A stretch of 64,000 bases of DNA, taken from positions 558,001-622,000 of the forward strand of contig JAYWIR010000020.1 in NCBI GenBank assembly GCA_036172245.1, given 5' to 3'. A program made the position numbers and the translations under genes. The first letter of the stretch is position 1. Each line of letters begins with the position of its first letter. Positions 1 to 12,148 of this stretch are shown here, one piece after another. The notes beneath the pieces were generated by a model. The model was not told the DNA's origin. It worked only from the letters and a program-made list of their open reading frames with translations, and made no database searches. The DNA is from Raillietiella orientalis (lineage: Eukaryota).

Positions 1-671
1 CCGGAAATGGAGATCACCTCCACCCTGGTTGTCTTCGAAGGGGAATCCAGAAGGGAATCCTCCTTCCTTATTCTCTCTGGAGGACCCCCAGGGGGTCCGC
101 TCCATTCTTCCTTCTCTGAAGGGAACCTGGAAAGGATCCTATCCTGGAATTTCTTCTCCGGAAGGATCCCCCGCAAGAAATCCGCTCCTGTTTTTACTCC
201 TCCAGCTCCTCCTTTAAGCAAGAAATTGGAGCGTATAAAGGGTGGAGTGAAAATTCCCCCTTGCTGAAACCACTCAGGATGTTCAGGATTCCGAAATTTC
301 ACCACTGCTGTTTAGGAAGAAGAAAAAAAAATATGAGTTGCCAGGTGGATAGAAAAGGAAAATAGTGGGTTGATTTTTCCGTGCGGGTTTCGTACGTTAT
401 TTCTGGTGGGAAGCTGCGCCGACTGCAACAAGCAATGCGATCTATTTGTAGAGTCACAAAACAACGAAACGGCAATTTCGAAAAGGCTTGCCACTTATGG
501 ATTCTAAGAATGACGCTTCGTTTGAAACATGGCTTTGAAATCCTTTTCCAGTGCTTGTTCCATCTAAAGAAATTGGATCTGATTGAAAGGAAACTCTCCA
601 AACTTCCATTAAGCTTTCAAGTTTCATCATTAAACGCCAGATGGCTCGATAAGACTACTCGGCTTCGACTT

Positions 672-1032
672 ATACGTACACTCCGATCGAATACCGTACA
701 CATTATAGTAGAAGAGGGCACGACGTGTTCGTACATAACACCAGGGCATTGTGTAGAGCATTCGTGCAAAATGTGCACAATGATGCATGTGTATGCCACA
801 TACAGTATACGTACACATATTACCATATGGTATATGGAGATAACGCATGTATATAATGTGTACGGTATTCGATCACTGGCGAATATAATATGCATAGCTT
901 GATAGCACTTTTGCAGACGTGGAAAACAGGAACAAGAGCACAACTTGGCTCGTGAAAACAAGGAGCTTGATGAGTACACAAAGTACGCTTTGCTGGACGG
1001 CACAAAAGGGCATCATAGTGGAGTGTACGTAT
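672..1032. mobile_element. Possible MITE / foldback remnant with nested inverted repeats
   Basis: A 13-bp outer inverted repeat (ATACGTACACTCC 672-684 / GGAGTGTACGTAT 1020-1032) directly abuts the inner 23-bp inverted repeat. There is no credible coding capacity and no clear TSD. Confidence 0.4.
685..874. repeat. Perfect 23-bp inverted repeat pair (685-707 / 852-874)
   Basis: GATCGAATACCGTACACATTATA at 685-707 is the exact reverse complement of TATAATGTGTACGGTATTCGATC at 852-874, with a 144-bp spacer. Confidence 0.85.
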
Positions 1033-4000
1033 CGCAATCACAAAAGTCAGCAGAATAATTGGATCGAAAGAGAACTATTGAAGAATAGAAACAACGGCAC
1101 TCTGTCTAAAATTCCGCCGCGGTTTCTAAGCGTTCTTTATGGGTCCGTTCAATTCCTCAATAATAACGGGAAGTAAATAAAACACTCGCAACGTCCATAG
1201 CACTCGTGAAATAAAGGTAATGGAGTTATCGCTCGCAAAATTTGTTTTTCGTGACAAGGAAACGAAACACTCTCTTTACAGTAAAGTAGCGATCATGGTG
1301 GTGAAGAAATTCCGAGCGTCATGTCTGGTGAATGCAAATTCTAGATTCGACAAGATATTACCCAGTAATCAGGTGAATTGCCTGGAGGAAAGGAATAGGA
1401 GCAGAAGGAACCAGTGGGATGTCTCAACCGAATACCTCCCGGAATCCGCAGGCCGAAAAAGTGATTCTGAACCAAGGAAATTATTTCTGTGAGGATGACA
1501 AGCGCTTTTCCTCCAGATTAGCACAAGGAATGCAGGATTACTTTCGTTGTGGAAAAAAAAAAAAAAAATATGAACTCCAGCAATTGACTTTATCTTGACT
1601 GGTGATTGACGATGACTGGTGATTCAGGAGAAGCAAATTCGATGATGGAATGTCGCAGTGCGTCGGAACGGTTCCAAGGGGAAGAACCACACGATTATGG
1701 TCCTACGAGGATGGCTTTGACTCAGAACATGTAAGCTGCTTGAGAATTTAAAGATACCGCCTCGATAGCTTCCCATTTTTGAGAGATTCTTGTCCCATCA
1801 AGAAATAATGGAGAAAGAAGATGCAAGGATGGATAGCATTCTCAAACTGGCTGCTAGGCGGCTGAGTCTTGTTGGAGCAGAAGTCGGATGGGAAATGAGG
1901 AGGCAGTACTAATGGTGGGTATTTGCGGAAAAGACCAGTGCTGTTAGCGAGCAGCTCCTTTTTAAAATGAATTGACCAGGTTCCAAACCAATCGAAAATC
2001 CAATCGCACATGTCGTCGTCACTGGTGCCTGGAGAGAGAGAGGAATCCTCAAAGCTATGAAGTCCTGACTTGGAAAGAAATGATGAGAGGGAATCCAAAA
2101 AAATTCTTTGTGCTTTCTTTCTCATCCAAAGGGATTGTTATTGCTCCCGTGAGATTTTTCAATGAATTGATTATTTTCCTCAACAAGCTCCTCCAAAAGG
2201 AAATAAATCCTCCGAACGAGAATGCAGCCATTCAGGATTTCCATATCATCATTTTACAACCTTACAGGAATCCAGGAGAAAGGGTGCGATGGGAGAGTCT
2301 GTGGAAATCGCTGCAAGCGCTATACACTCCATGTCATGTCGCAAAGCATCTATGATTGTGGATTCTTGTCCTTTGGTTTCAACAGCGAGGCCCTTCCAAT
2401 CGCCCTTCCAAAAAAAAAAAAATATTTACAAAAAAAACACTCATATGAATATAAAAAGTGGTGGCTTCACATCACCACTACGAACGGAGATGCCTCGGAG
2501 GCGCTGCTTCTGGTGAGCAGCTCCCCGATGAGGTCCGCACAGGAAGAGTGGGGGAATCGGTAAACAAAAACGAAAAAAGAAAAGAAAAAAAGTTCAGTTT
2601 ACAAATGTTTGGAGGGAGGGAAGGCAGGGATCACAGATTTCTTCCTGGTGTCCTCAGAGTCCTCTTGAGGATGTTGGCAAGTTCTTCCTTTTGTTGGCAG
2701 ACATGTGACCATCTTGTCGCCTTCCTCATGAAGGAGCAGACGATTGCGATGACCTCACCGTTTCGACTGGCCTCTTTGTGCGCGGCTTCTCGCCGCCACG
2801 ATCCCACGAACGCAGCACAGGGCTGCAAGGGAAGCTGCAGGCTACATTGCGTCGCGCGCGAAGAGGTGCCGCAAAACCTCCCTGTCGTTGCCTATCGAGA
2901 GTGGGCGGACCGCAGCGAAGCGTTCCCCGACACTCAGCAGGGCAACACAGTCCAGCAACAAGTGCGTGAAGGTTTCCCGTTCCGCGAGAACCTTTTATTT
3001 TTACCATTCCATATCCACACCAAGTGTCCATAGTCACGACCCGGCATCTGAGGTGGTCCTGAATCTGTTTTGCATTTATTTATTTTTTTGAAAAACTGGT
3101 TCACCGAATCAGTCAAAGCATGGATCACAAGTAAATCACGATCACACTTCCGGGTGGGGATACGAGGATGGTTCGTAACGATTCGAAAGGATGGATAGAT
3201 GAGGGAACGCACCAAATAACCATCTCCTTCCGAACATAGAGGAAAGAAACTGAGCTTTCCTTTTGCTTCTGTTGCTTGTTTCGTTTTGTTCCCTCCCCCC
3301 TTCAAGGATGACTTTGGAACTGGGAGCGGTTGCTGAGGCGAGGATGCTTCGACACCCAGGTCGAGTCACCCTCGAGAACTTAGTTGCGCCAAAGCCTCGA
3401 TGGCACACATAGGCAGTCTCTACGGAAAGCTCGTTGCGGAGACAACATGCAAGATAGGGGGCGGACTGCGATGAACGTGAGCTCAGACAGTGAGCCTTCG
3501 CGCTCGCACGCCAACAGCGATCATGCCACAAATTGTGCCTAGTGTTCCGGAAAATTCCCTCCTCGACTCTGCTGGACAAAATGTTGCAGAAGAGTAGCAT
3601 GTCCTGAGAGGATTGAGACGGAAACTCCAGGACGACGGAAAGATCACAATGGGTATTAGAATGAGATGGCGTCTCGTCCTCCTGCAGGTTCAAAGAGTAA
3701 TGCGTTTCCATTAAACAGGAGCATGGTGATGGCTCCTTATAAGACGGATAGGACTGAGACTAAAAGGACGGCGTTTAAGACATCATGGTGAAAGGGGTGT
3801 CTGCGAGTGGAAGAGATCCGTGAGCCGATGTTAATAACGGTGACAGTGAAGCTAGCGGAAGACGCTGAGCTTCGTCATCGAATGTCTGCTAGCTCTGTGC
3901 TCCGAGACGCGTATCTAACGGAACAGGCTGAAGCTCAAGTCGACCAACCTGCTCGTCACCCATAGGCTGAGGGACAGCGCGAGCGCGAATCCTCTTCTGC

Positions 4001-7000
4001 TCTGTTGAGACTGAGGATCTCTGCATCGGCTGCCGGAAGGAAACGTGGATCTCATCAAGACTGTCCACCCAGAGGAAGACGCTGCTCACATGTGACTATA
4101 GTGAAAAGGAAGTGCCTCATCTCCGAGAGGAGTGAGGTGAACTAGACAGGCCTCAACTCCAGCACGGAGCACCTGTCCGGAACGTGAATCGGAGACCTGG
4201 ACGTGCTTAGATACATTAGGGTGTACAGGAGAAAGGTAAAAGTCCTGAAGAGGAAGGAGCAAAAGCAGAAGAGACAGTGGAATGCGCGTACTCTCCAAGG
4301 AGTCAGTAATGTCTATCCAGGCTTTTGCCCAGCACTGCAACACCGGAAGCTGCTTCACTTGCAGACCTTGCAGACCTATGAAGGAAGTCCGCTCACCCAA
4401 CCCCAATTCGGGAACCCCTGTGAGGACCCATAGGCATCCCGATTTTGAAGAGAAACTCTCAAGGCGATCCTGATCCAAAGCATTCCCTTCTGCAAACTCC
4501 AATGCAACCGCAGACCAGACAACCTACGGATGGCAGAAAATTCGATGGCCGAAAATAAAAACAAAAAAGAGAAAGCTAACGATCCCAGAACTGGAGAGAT
4601 ACCAATCAAGAGAAGGGAGAAGATGGCTAGATCGGTTCTTTTAAATGGGCCGGAGGGGATATTTAAGAACAGTGTAATAGAGAGTCCACTCAACTCACAA
4701 TCACCTTGAGCAGAGTGTTCGGAGAAGTATCATGGAAAACACGTGAGGCGATCCCGACCCATCATTCCTTCTGAATGTTAACACCGGAAACACTTTTGCT
4801 ACGTGCATCTGAAACAAGAGTTCCAATATGGCAGCCGAGGTGCACATTTAGACAGTCTTATTTTACCTTCATACCCAGGGTTAACCCTGGTCCGTGATCC
4901 ATTAAGTATTCACTGCATCTTGGTCCATCCTGCCTCGACTACATAGATGTGCATTTCAAAAGCCGTTGCCAGAATGACCGATGGTCGATCTTCCCTCAAG
5001 AAATACAGGAAGCGGAGGACGCTACATTGTATGCTGGGAGTCTAGGAGAGATAAGAACTTTTGCACGCTGAAATCTTCCAGCCATGATCATCGGTATCTT
5101 CGCAGTAAAGAGACCCACGTACACGCAGTTTGACGGAGGGTAAGAAAGATGGGAGGACAGATCATCGATCCGAGATCGGGTATTCCATCTGAGGTGTGCT
5201 GTGTCTCTGCAAGAAACTATACGGACAAAGCGCATCCGAACATGTATGAAAGACCGGTCTTGGCACGCAAAACGCACCACCGGTGGAGGCGGAAAATGCG
5301 TTTCGTAGAGGAAGGGAGGAGAGAGAAGCGAAGAGCTGTGCTTCTCGTTTCCAAATGAAAGATTTTCTTCTTGCCTCTTCTCAATCCTCTTCTTCGTCTC
5401 CCCGTGTTAAAAAGCAGGCAGAAAAAAAGCGCATGCACATCTGGTACGTCGTTGAGAACCCCAGAACGAAGAAAGTTTCCCATTTCCATGGAAACGTTGC
5501 ATTGGCGGCCAAGGAGCTAAAGGGAAGGCTCAAAGCATACGGGCAATTAAAAAACTGATAAGTGATGGAGGCTGATCCGAAGCGAAAAGAACACTCGGAA
5601 GAACGGAAATTTCTTGCAATTTGGCGTCCGGCCATCATTCGCAAATCACATTGAGGGAGCGGATGTATAAGAGCAGTCCAGAAGAGGAAGCGGTTTCTAT
5701 GTCAGTGGGTGATTGGATACCCGAAACTACTGCCCTGAAGGAATCAGAAAAGTCTCTGTTTCTTCTTGTGGAAGGTGTTACGTCCATCAGAGGAAGAGTT
5801 CTTGGGAAAAGAAAAGGCATTTTCCGAAATCGCGGCTTCCCTTCGCAGTCCGTCGCGGATGCAAGCGGAAAGCGGGAAAAAGCGAGGATTGACAACGAGC
5901 ACAGTCAGAAACGCCTGTGGAAGGAAGGCAGACGCCGGTCGGCTTTGGAAAGATACGGCTCATCTTGGAGCCTGTCCGTCCTCCCGCTAGCCTTCCCTTC
6001 CCTCTCTTTCTCCCCTCCCTTCTCCGGGAAGAGAGGTCTCGAGACTCCCCACCAGAAGAAAAGTCAGCTGGGTCTGTTGCGCAACATCCCCATGAGCGAG
6101 GAATTTTTCGGTTCGTCTCTTCGAGGAGTAAGGGCAGGGAAGGACCAGTGGAGAGGAACAGATGTGGCCTTCAGGGAGTTCTGAGAGAAGAAAAGAAAGA
6201 AAGAAAAAAGTGTGCTCCTGGAATTGCAGAGGGAAGAGGACGGGCCACGGCTGCCACCGCTTCCTTCGCGACCCAATCCTCGACAATTTCGTCAAAGGAG
6301 ATAAAAGGGTGGAGGATGGGGCCACTCAGGGACTTCCCTGATGAATGGCGCTACAGTTTCCATCTCTTGGGTGGTGTTCGGAAGTGCGCACGCAGCCTCT
6401 GGCATTCAGATGTTCCCAGATCCAGGATCACAATGCCAGATTTCGTCCCTTTTTTCTCCCTTTCTCGAACGGAGTGCTGCTTTCCGATGGCGGAGGGAAC
6501 TGCCTACGCCCCAGGACATCTCGAGAGTTCTTCCCCCGAGGGGCAGAGGATGGCGAGGAGAGAATTTCTCTTCCGATAAGATTCCCGTTAGTTCTAAGGA
6601 GCCACGTAGGAAGAGCAACTCTTCACCAGGGTGGAGAAGCGACAGGATAAGATCAGGATGCTTGCAGTGCGCGAGAAACGAGGATGAGGAAGGGGAGAGC
6701 TCCCTCGCCGACAGTCCAACTTCCACCGCGTCCTCCGCTCTCCTCCAGGGCTTTCACCAGAGTCCTCCGCGGACAATTCTAGCACTGCGCCTGCCCCTTC
6801 CGGCACGAGTGGCATGCCAGGCTCTTTGTGGAAGAAAGAGTAATAGACCACCTGAGGAGCAGCCCTGTACGCAGAACCTTCCATCGATGACGTCCACACT
6901 GTGCATTTGGGGTGGAATTCCTTTTCCTCCTCACTCCTCTCGTCCATCCCAGCACCCTCCTCCTTCTCTTCCCATACGTCCCAACGCCCTCTGCAGGCCA

Positions 7001-10000
7001 CCCCGACCGGGAATTCGAACCTCATCTCCCCCATCTTGCCCCTCCCCTTTCCTCTCTTCCCTAAAGACGTTCCCCTTCCTTCTCGACGATCCACCTACCC
7101 CATTCACTCCAGAAGGTAAGGAGGTGGGACGCTGATAGTTCCCCGAGATATCCACACCACCATCACCAAGGGGAACAGATGGACATCAACTCGTTCTACT
7201 TCTGATTCCTCTCTCTCCTCCGTCATCGTGAACATCCCTTCCTTTACTTCCTCTACCGCACCTGCAATTGGATAACTTTCAAGTTGATCTCCAGTCTTTA
7301 GAACACCTTTCTTATCCCGCTTGATCGGATTCTCCCCCTTCCCCACCCCTTCCAATTCCCACTCACATCGGCAGCTGAAGACGTACCGGGATCGGTGACG
7401 CACCTTCGGGAGGTCGGTGACCGGGTTCCTCGAAACCTGAACTCGAAAATTGGATGGAAACCATTCCTATCCTGCAGTCCCTTTGGATTCGCACAGAGAG
7501 TGTCCTCCTGTCTGTCCATCCCTCTTCTCCCCACGACCCTTTTTCCGCATGACGACGCAGCTCACTCCGTGACATCCTGCAGAGCACAGCCGGCTTCATC
7601 CTCCTGCAACCACTCTGAGGGATTGGCGCGTTGCGCGCGAAGAGCTCCGAAGACATTTTTTTCTTTCTCTCTCTCCTGTTTTTTGATGGTAAGAGATGTG
7701 GACGGAAGGCAGAAAGGAGATCGCCTTCCCGAGACCACTTTCCCCACCTTTCCTGCTTTTGCCTTCCTGTTTCTTCAGACTGCGTGATCGCCTTTCCAGC
7801 GGCAATTTGCGGCCGGGTGCATCCCTAGACAGTTCGTGCTTAAAGCGATCACATCTCATTCACATCACATCTCCTTTCCATGCTCTAGGAGCGATGCGAA
7901 ATGGCCGCCTGACTTTCTGGGATCCCCAGTGTCAAGCAAGACTGATGATGAGAAAGCAAGAGTTGTTGCCTCAGGGGTTTCGTTGCCTTCGCGACCCAAG
8001 ATACAGTATCTCATGAAGGATACAGGGCTCCCACTAACACACTAAAACCACTCGATCAGTCCGTTCGACATTCTTCACAGGCATTGTCACTCAGGGATCC
8101 AGGTGAAAGAGGGAGGGGAGACAGTGGGCTCCCACAAAACGACTGGCCCGTACCACATCGTTTGTGCAGCCAGCTTACATCGCGTTTCTAGGAAACGCAC
8201 TCCACTCATGGCTGGCAGCATCAAGTTTCGATTCTGTCTCTCTCTTACATCACCCAGAAGACTCCAGCACTTGCCATAGAGTGGGACTAGTTGATCGACG
8301 CTTCTTTTCCTACACCTGGGGTCATTGCTTCTCGGGCGCGCTGCCCGCCTGCCTTTGCTCCAACACGTTCCATGCTCCTTGCTTGCACGGAACCTCCTCC
8401 CGCACTCCGCTTAGATCGACTTTTCGGCGACTGGATGCTTCCCTTCTGGAAGTGCGAGCACCGCTGGAGCCGCCGAGGGCACCTGCACGGGAAACACGTT
8501 GGCTCATTTCGCAAAATCTGAGCCTCAGGATGCACTGCGCAAGGGAGGACGACGTTCCCGGAGAGAAAGCCATTTGCCAAAAACCAGCAGTTCACCAAAG
8601 TCACAAGCAGCTGCACCTGCTGCTCCAGGGGATTTGCCTGCACATGCCGAGCCGGATGTGGTGTTCCCAATGAAGTTATTGTACCATGCGCAATACATCA
8701 GTTGTTGGATTGCTTCAGCAGGATCTCAGAAGGAAAAGGGGGGAACAGTTCGTTCCTTATTTCTTAATCATTGGAACTGATGCTCACTGTATTGGGAAAA
8801 GATCGTGTGTACACATTCGGTGAAAGAATGCAATGAGAGAGATGCAAGCGAGAACGGAACAAAATTTTACTATGTGTACAAATTTTCAATACCATCTTGG
8901 AAGTTGCGATGAAATCGTAGTAAGTTTCAAAGAGCTCTAGAGCGAAAATTTAGGGAAAAAAGAGATGATAGGCAAGAGGTGACCAGTGATTGCGTGAGCT
9001 CCATGGAAACTGGGGCAGATGAAGAATGTGGAAACGATAAGGGAATCTGCATGAAGGATTAGTTTGTCGTATTGATGCAGATAAAGAACAGATACTTGAG
9101 AATGTGAAAAGGATAGTGAAAAGCAAAGATAGTGGGACGCAGGGAACGCAGAAGTAGAGATGAATCATAGAGGATGCTGAGCTCAGATGCTGGCTGTCCC
9201 TATTCTGTGAGCAACGTTGTGAAGAGCTAGTATTTTTGAATCATGAGAAGAAGAGGACGGATGATAAATGGCAGTATTAAAGGGAGACTATGAAAAATGG
9301 AAAGAAAAAAAGACGTTCGCTGATCAAGAAATAAGAATCGTGCAAAAATAAAAGCGAGCGCTACTAGTTCGAAGTAGTTATCCTTGTGGTGGACAATTTC
9401 CTGCTAAATTGATTTTTCAGGAAGCATTAACTTATTAAATTAATGGGTTTTGGCTACCTGCACTAGCAACTTGATGTGCCTTGTTTGCTAATTGTTTTTT
9501 TCCGAGCGTGGAAAGATTGGCAGCAAATAAAAAATTTATGTTCTTTGATGATCCCCGAGCTTAAGAGGAAAATGTTGTTCAGCTGATAAAGCTTTCGAAA
9601 AAGAAGCTAACAGAGTAAAGTGAGCGTAAGTTATCCTGTCATTGTGCATGTCGCTGATTTAGAGTTCGACTGTGCTCTCCAAACCTCCAGCAGTAAAAGC
9701 AATATGTGGAATTGGAATCATCTCCAATGGAAACCATCAAGCGAATGGCAGAACGTCGAAGTACTCCTCATTTCCAAGAGAAGCAGGAGATGCTTCAAAT
9801 TTAAGGGTGCTTTTTTGATTTGTTGTAAGAAACTACAAGCCCTGAAACGTCAGGATCATTTGCGAGACACTGTTAATCCAACATATAGCTATCCTCAGGC
9901 TGTAGGTATCTTATCCATTTTTTTGACCTGTTTCTGGAAGACAAAAGTGCTTCAGGAACGACACATGCGTTGAGACTCCCCGTCTAGTTAGAAAAATGAT

Positions 10001-12059
10001 CATATTAAGTAGTCATATTGAAGAAAACCAAGCACTGGAAGATTGATTTGTTTTTGTTTTTTTATGTGTATATATATTCCTCCTTTCCTTTCCCGGAAGT
10101 GGTTACTGAATCGTGAAACGAGTCTGAATTCGCACGTGCATCGTATTCCAGGTACTGTCACTCCCACTGTTATCAAACTGTGATCATCATTTGCACTCGG
10201 TCATGATCAACATGCCACTATTATCGCCGTCGATACCACGATCATCATTTTATTCTTCCAATGTATACACAAATTTGCCCATGGTGTGTTGCAAGTCCAT
10301 GAGCCACAATTAATTTATCCCGTGAGGATCTTATTGCAAGATAGAAACGTTAAAACTCTTCGGAATTCCTAACGAACAAAAAGGTTTTCCTTCTCGAAGA
10401 TCCTTGCTGTCGGAACCGTGCTGGAGTCGTGTCACGAATGGATACGTTGCCTCGGAGAATAAGTACAGCTATCACCAGGGAACGACTTACGCACTTCAGG
10501 TAAGAGGAATGTCAGCTACAGCAAAGTAGTCAGGTGGTGTTCTCTTCATCGAAAAGATTGCAATACTCAGCGGAGATCGGCACTAACAGATGGATAGAAA
10601 GACTTACATCACAGCTGCTAATTTTAAACGTCTTCTTGACATCAGTAACCAAACTCTCTCTTGTGATAGAAAGGTCAAAATCAATTCAAAATCGGCACTT
10701 TGCTTCGGACGGACTCTTCGAATTTGTCGCAATTAAATCTTTGAACGTGTTTCATCTGTTTTTTCTTGGAGGGTATGATGACTTGTCGAATGATCTGGCA
10801 CGGCGTTTGAGAAACAGTTAAAGAAGCTTAATCTCGAAATAGTTCCAAACAGCTGCTTAAGCTCGAACTTGAACAGACTGAAAATGCTTGAGACTGAGCT
10901 TTTCTGAGCTTTTCTGCGATGTCTCAAAACCTTTCGAGACTAATCTCCTCGTCTGATTGCGCTTAAAAATTAGTTTCCTACTTCCCCGTCACCTTTCCCA
11001 TAAGTCCTTGGAAGCACTGCAAAAGAAAATGAGAGTCGAATTCCTGCTCTTTGCCATTCTAAGAGATGAATGCAAGAATCATCCTCGATAACGTTGAAAA
11101 ATGTGGCTGACGATGAGGAACTCGGTGGTTTTCTGCTTAAGAAGTGAAATTTTCTCCTTAAACCGCTGCGACCAACAGGCTGATCTCTCTTATCGATTTA
11201 AGGAGTGAGCTGGAGTTTCTCTGTGCCGTGTTCGTTGTTGTTAGATAGGAAGAAAGGAACTTCCAATGCACTGCGAACGCATAACTGGACTGGAACAGAA
11301 ATTCAAGAGAACTCAAAAGAAAGGCAATCACGAGACCGGAAAAGCACTTAGTAACAACCTACATGGAAAAAGAGACGCAAAACATCCTTGCAGGAAGGAA
11401 CGAAAATAGAGAATAGGCTTATTGGACACTGCAGATTACAGGGAGAAGTTCATTGAAGTGATGACCTCGAAGGAGATAGAAAGTTGTTGCGAAGAAAAAA
11501 AGTAGGTAAGCTCGAAAAGAGTTTTCTTTGAGGACATGAGTAATCGAATGAGCAGATTTGGAAGCCCAGCTTGGACGTCATTCAGAGATAACAACATCAT
11601 TGTTTAAGCCAGATAGGAACTTGAGATGGGGCATTAGTGTTAACAAGCTAAACATTCCTCTAAATCTCTGAGATCGGGAGCTGAGTACTCTGGCGTGGCT
11701 AAGATCAAGTTGAGTTGACAAATAGCCTCTGGACTACTCACATGTTGACCTTATATGCGACCTTAGCTAGTGTATCCTCGAGAGACATTAAGAGTCAGTA
11801 ACTGTTCCATTCCAACTAAAGAATGGGGTTTGGTTTTTCGCCTTTTACAGTTTAAAAACAGAGCCTTTCTCGCCCACCACTTACCACCATTTGCAGATGC
11901 ATCAGATTACCATTAAGATTTTTGGCAGCTTCTCAGCCATTGCATCCAAGAACAGAATAAAAAGTGAACGTACTTGCAGAACAAGTCACACCTTTGGATA
12001 GTAGGACACGGTCGGTTGAAGGTATATTTCTCCGCCCACTGGACAGCGAAATAAGACAA

Positions 12060-12148
12060 ACCGCAAACCAACATTCACATTAAACTACCTTGACACACTA
12101 ACTCATAATCATTCTCAGTACCCTCACCACCACATAAAAGAAAATATT
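12060..12148 (-). pseudogene. Possible NUMT: 3' end of a mitochondrial membrane-protein gene plus 5' half of a mt-tRNA
   Basis: The plus strand is C/A-rich with very few G. The minus strand reads NIFFYVVVSVLSMIMS* in the invertebrate mitochondrial code (TAG at 12100-12098), followed by GTCAAGG-TA-GTTT-AATGT-GAAT-G-TTGGT-TTGCGGT, which resembles the acceptor, D-arm and anticodon 5' half of an arthropod mt-tRNA. The segment is short and unverified. Confidence 0.3.

Noticed and set aside
30..300. Loose GAAGG(G)AATCC-like motif recurrences (similar words at ~2040-2280)
   Set aside because: No fixed period or conserved repeat-spacer structure, so not CRISPR-like and too degenerate to define.
2458..3033. 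191-aa ORF with splice-like sites
   Set aside because: No recognisable domain; it crosses A-rich low-complexity DNA and has no supported partner exons.
4875..4890. 16-bp perfect palindrome CCAGGGTTAACCCTGG
   Set aside because: Isolated, with no associated termini or gene; compatible with chance or an old repeat fragment.
5621..8780. Many long overlapping ORFs (up to 264 aa) on both strands
   Set aside because: Purine/pyrimidine-skewed, GC-rich low-complexity DNA; the translations are S/P/R/G-rich with no motif.
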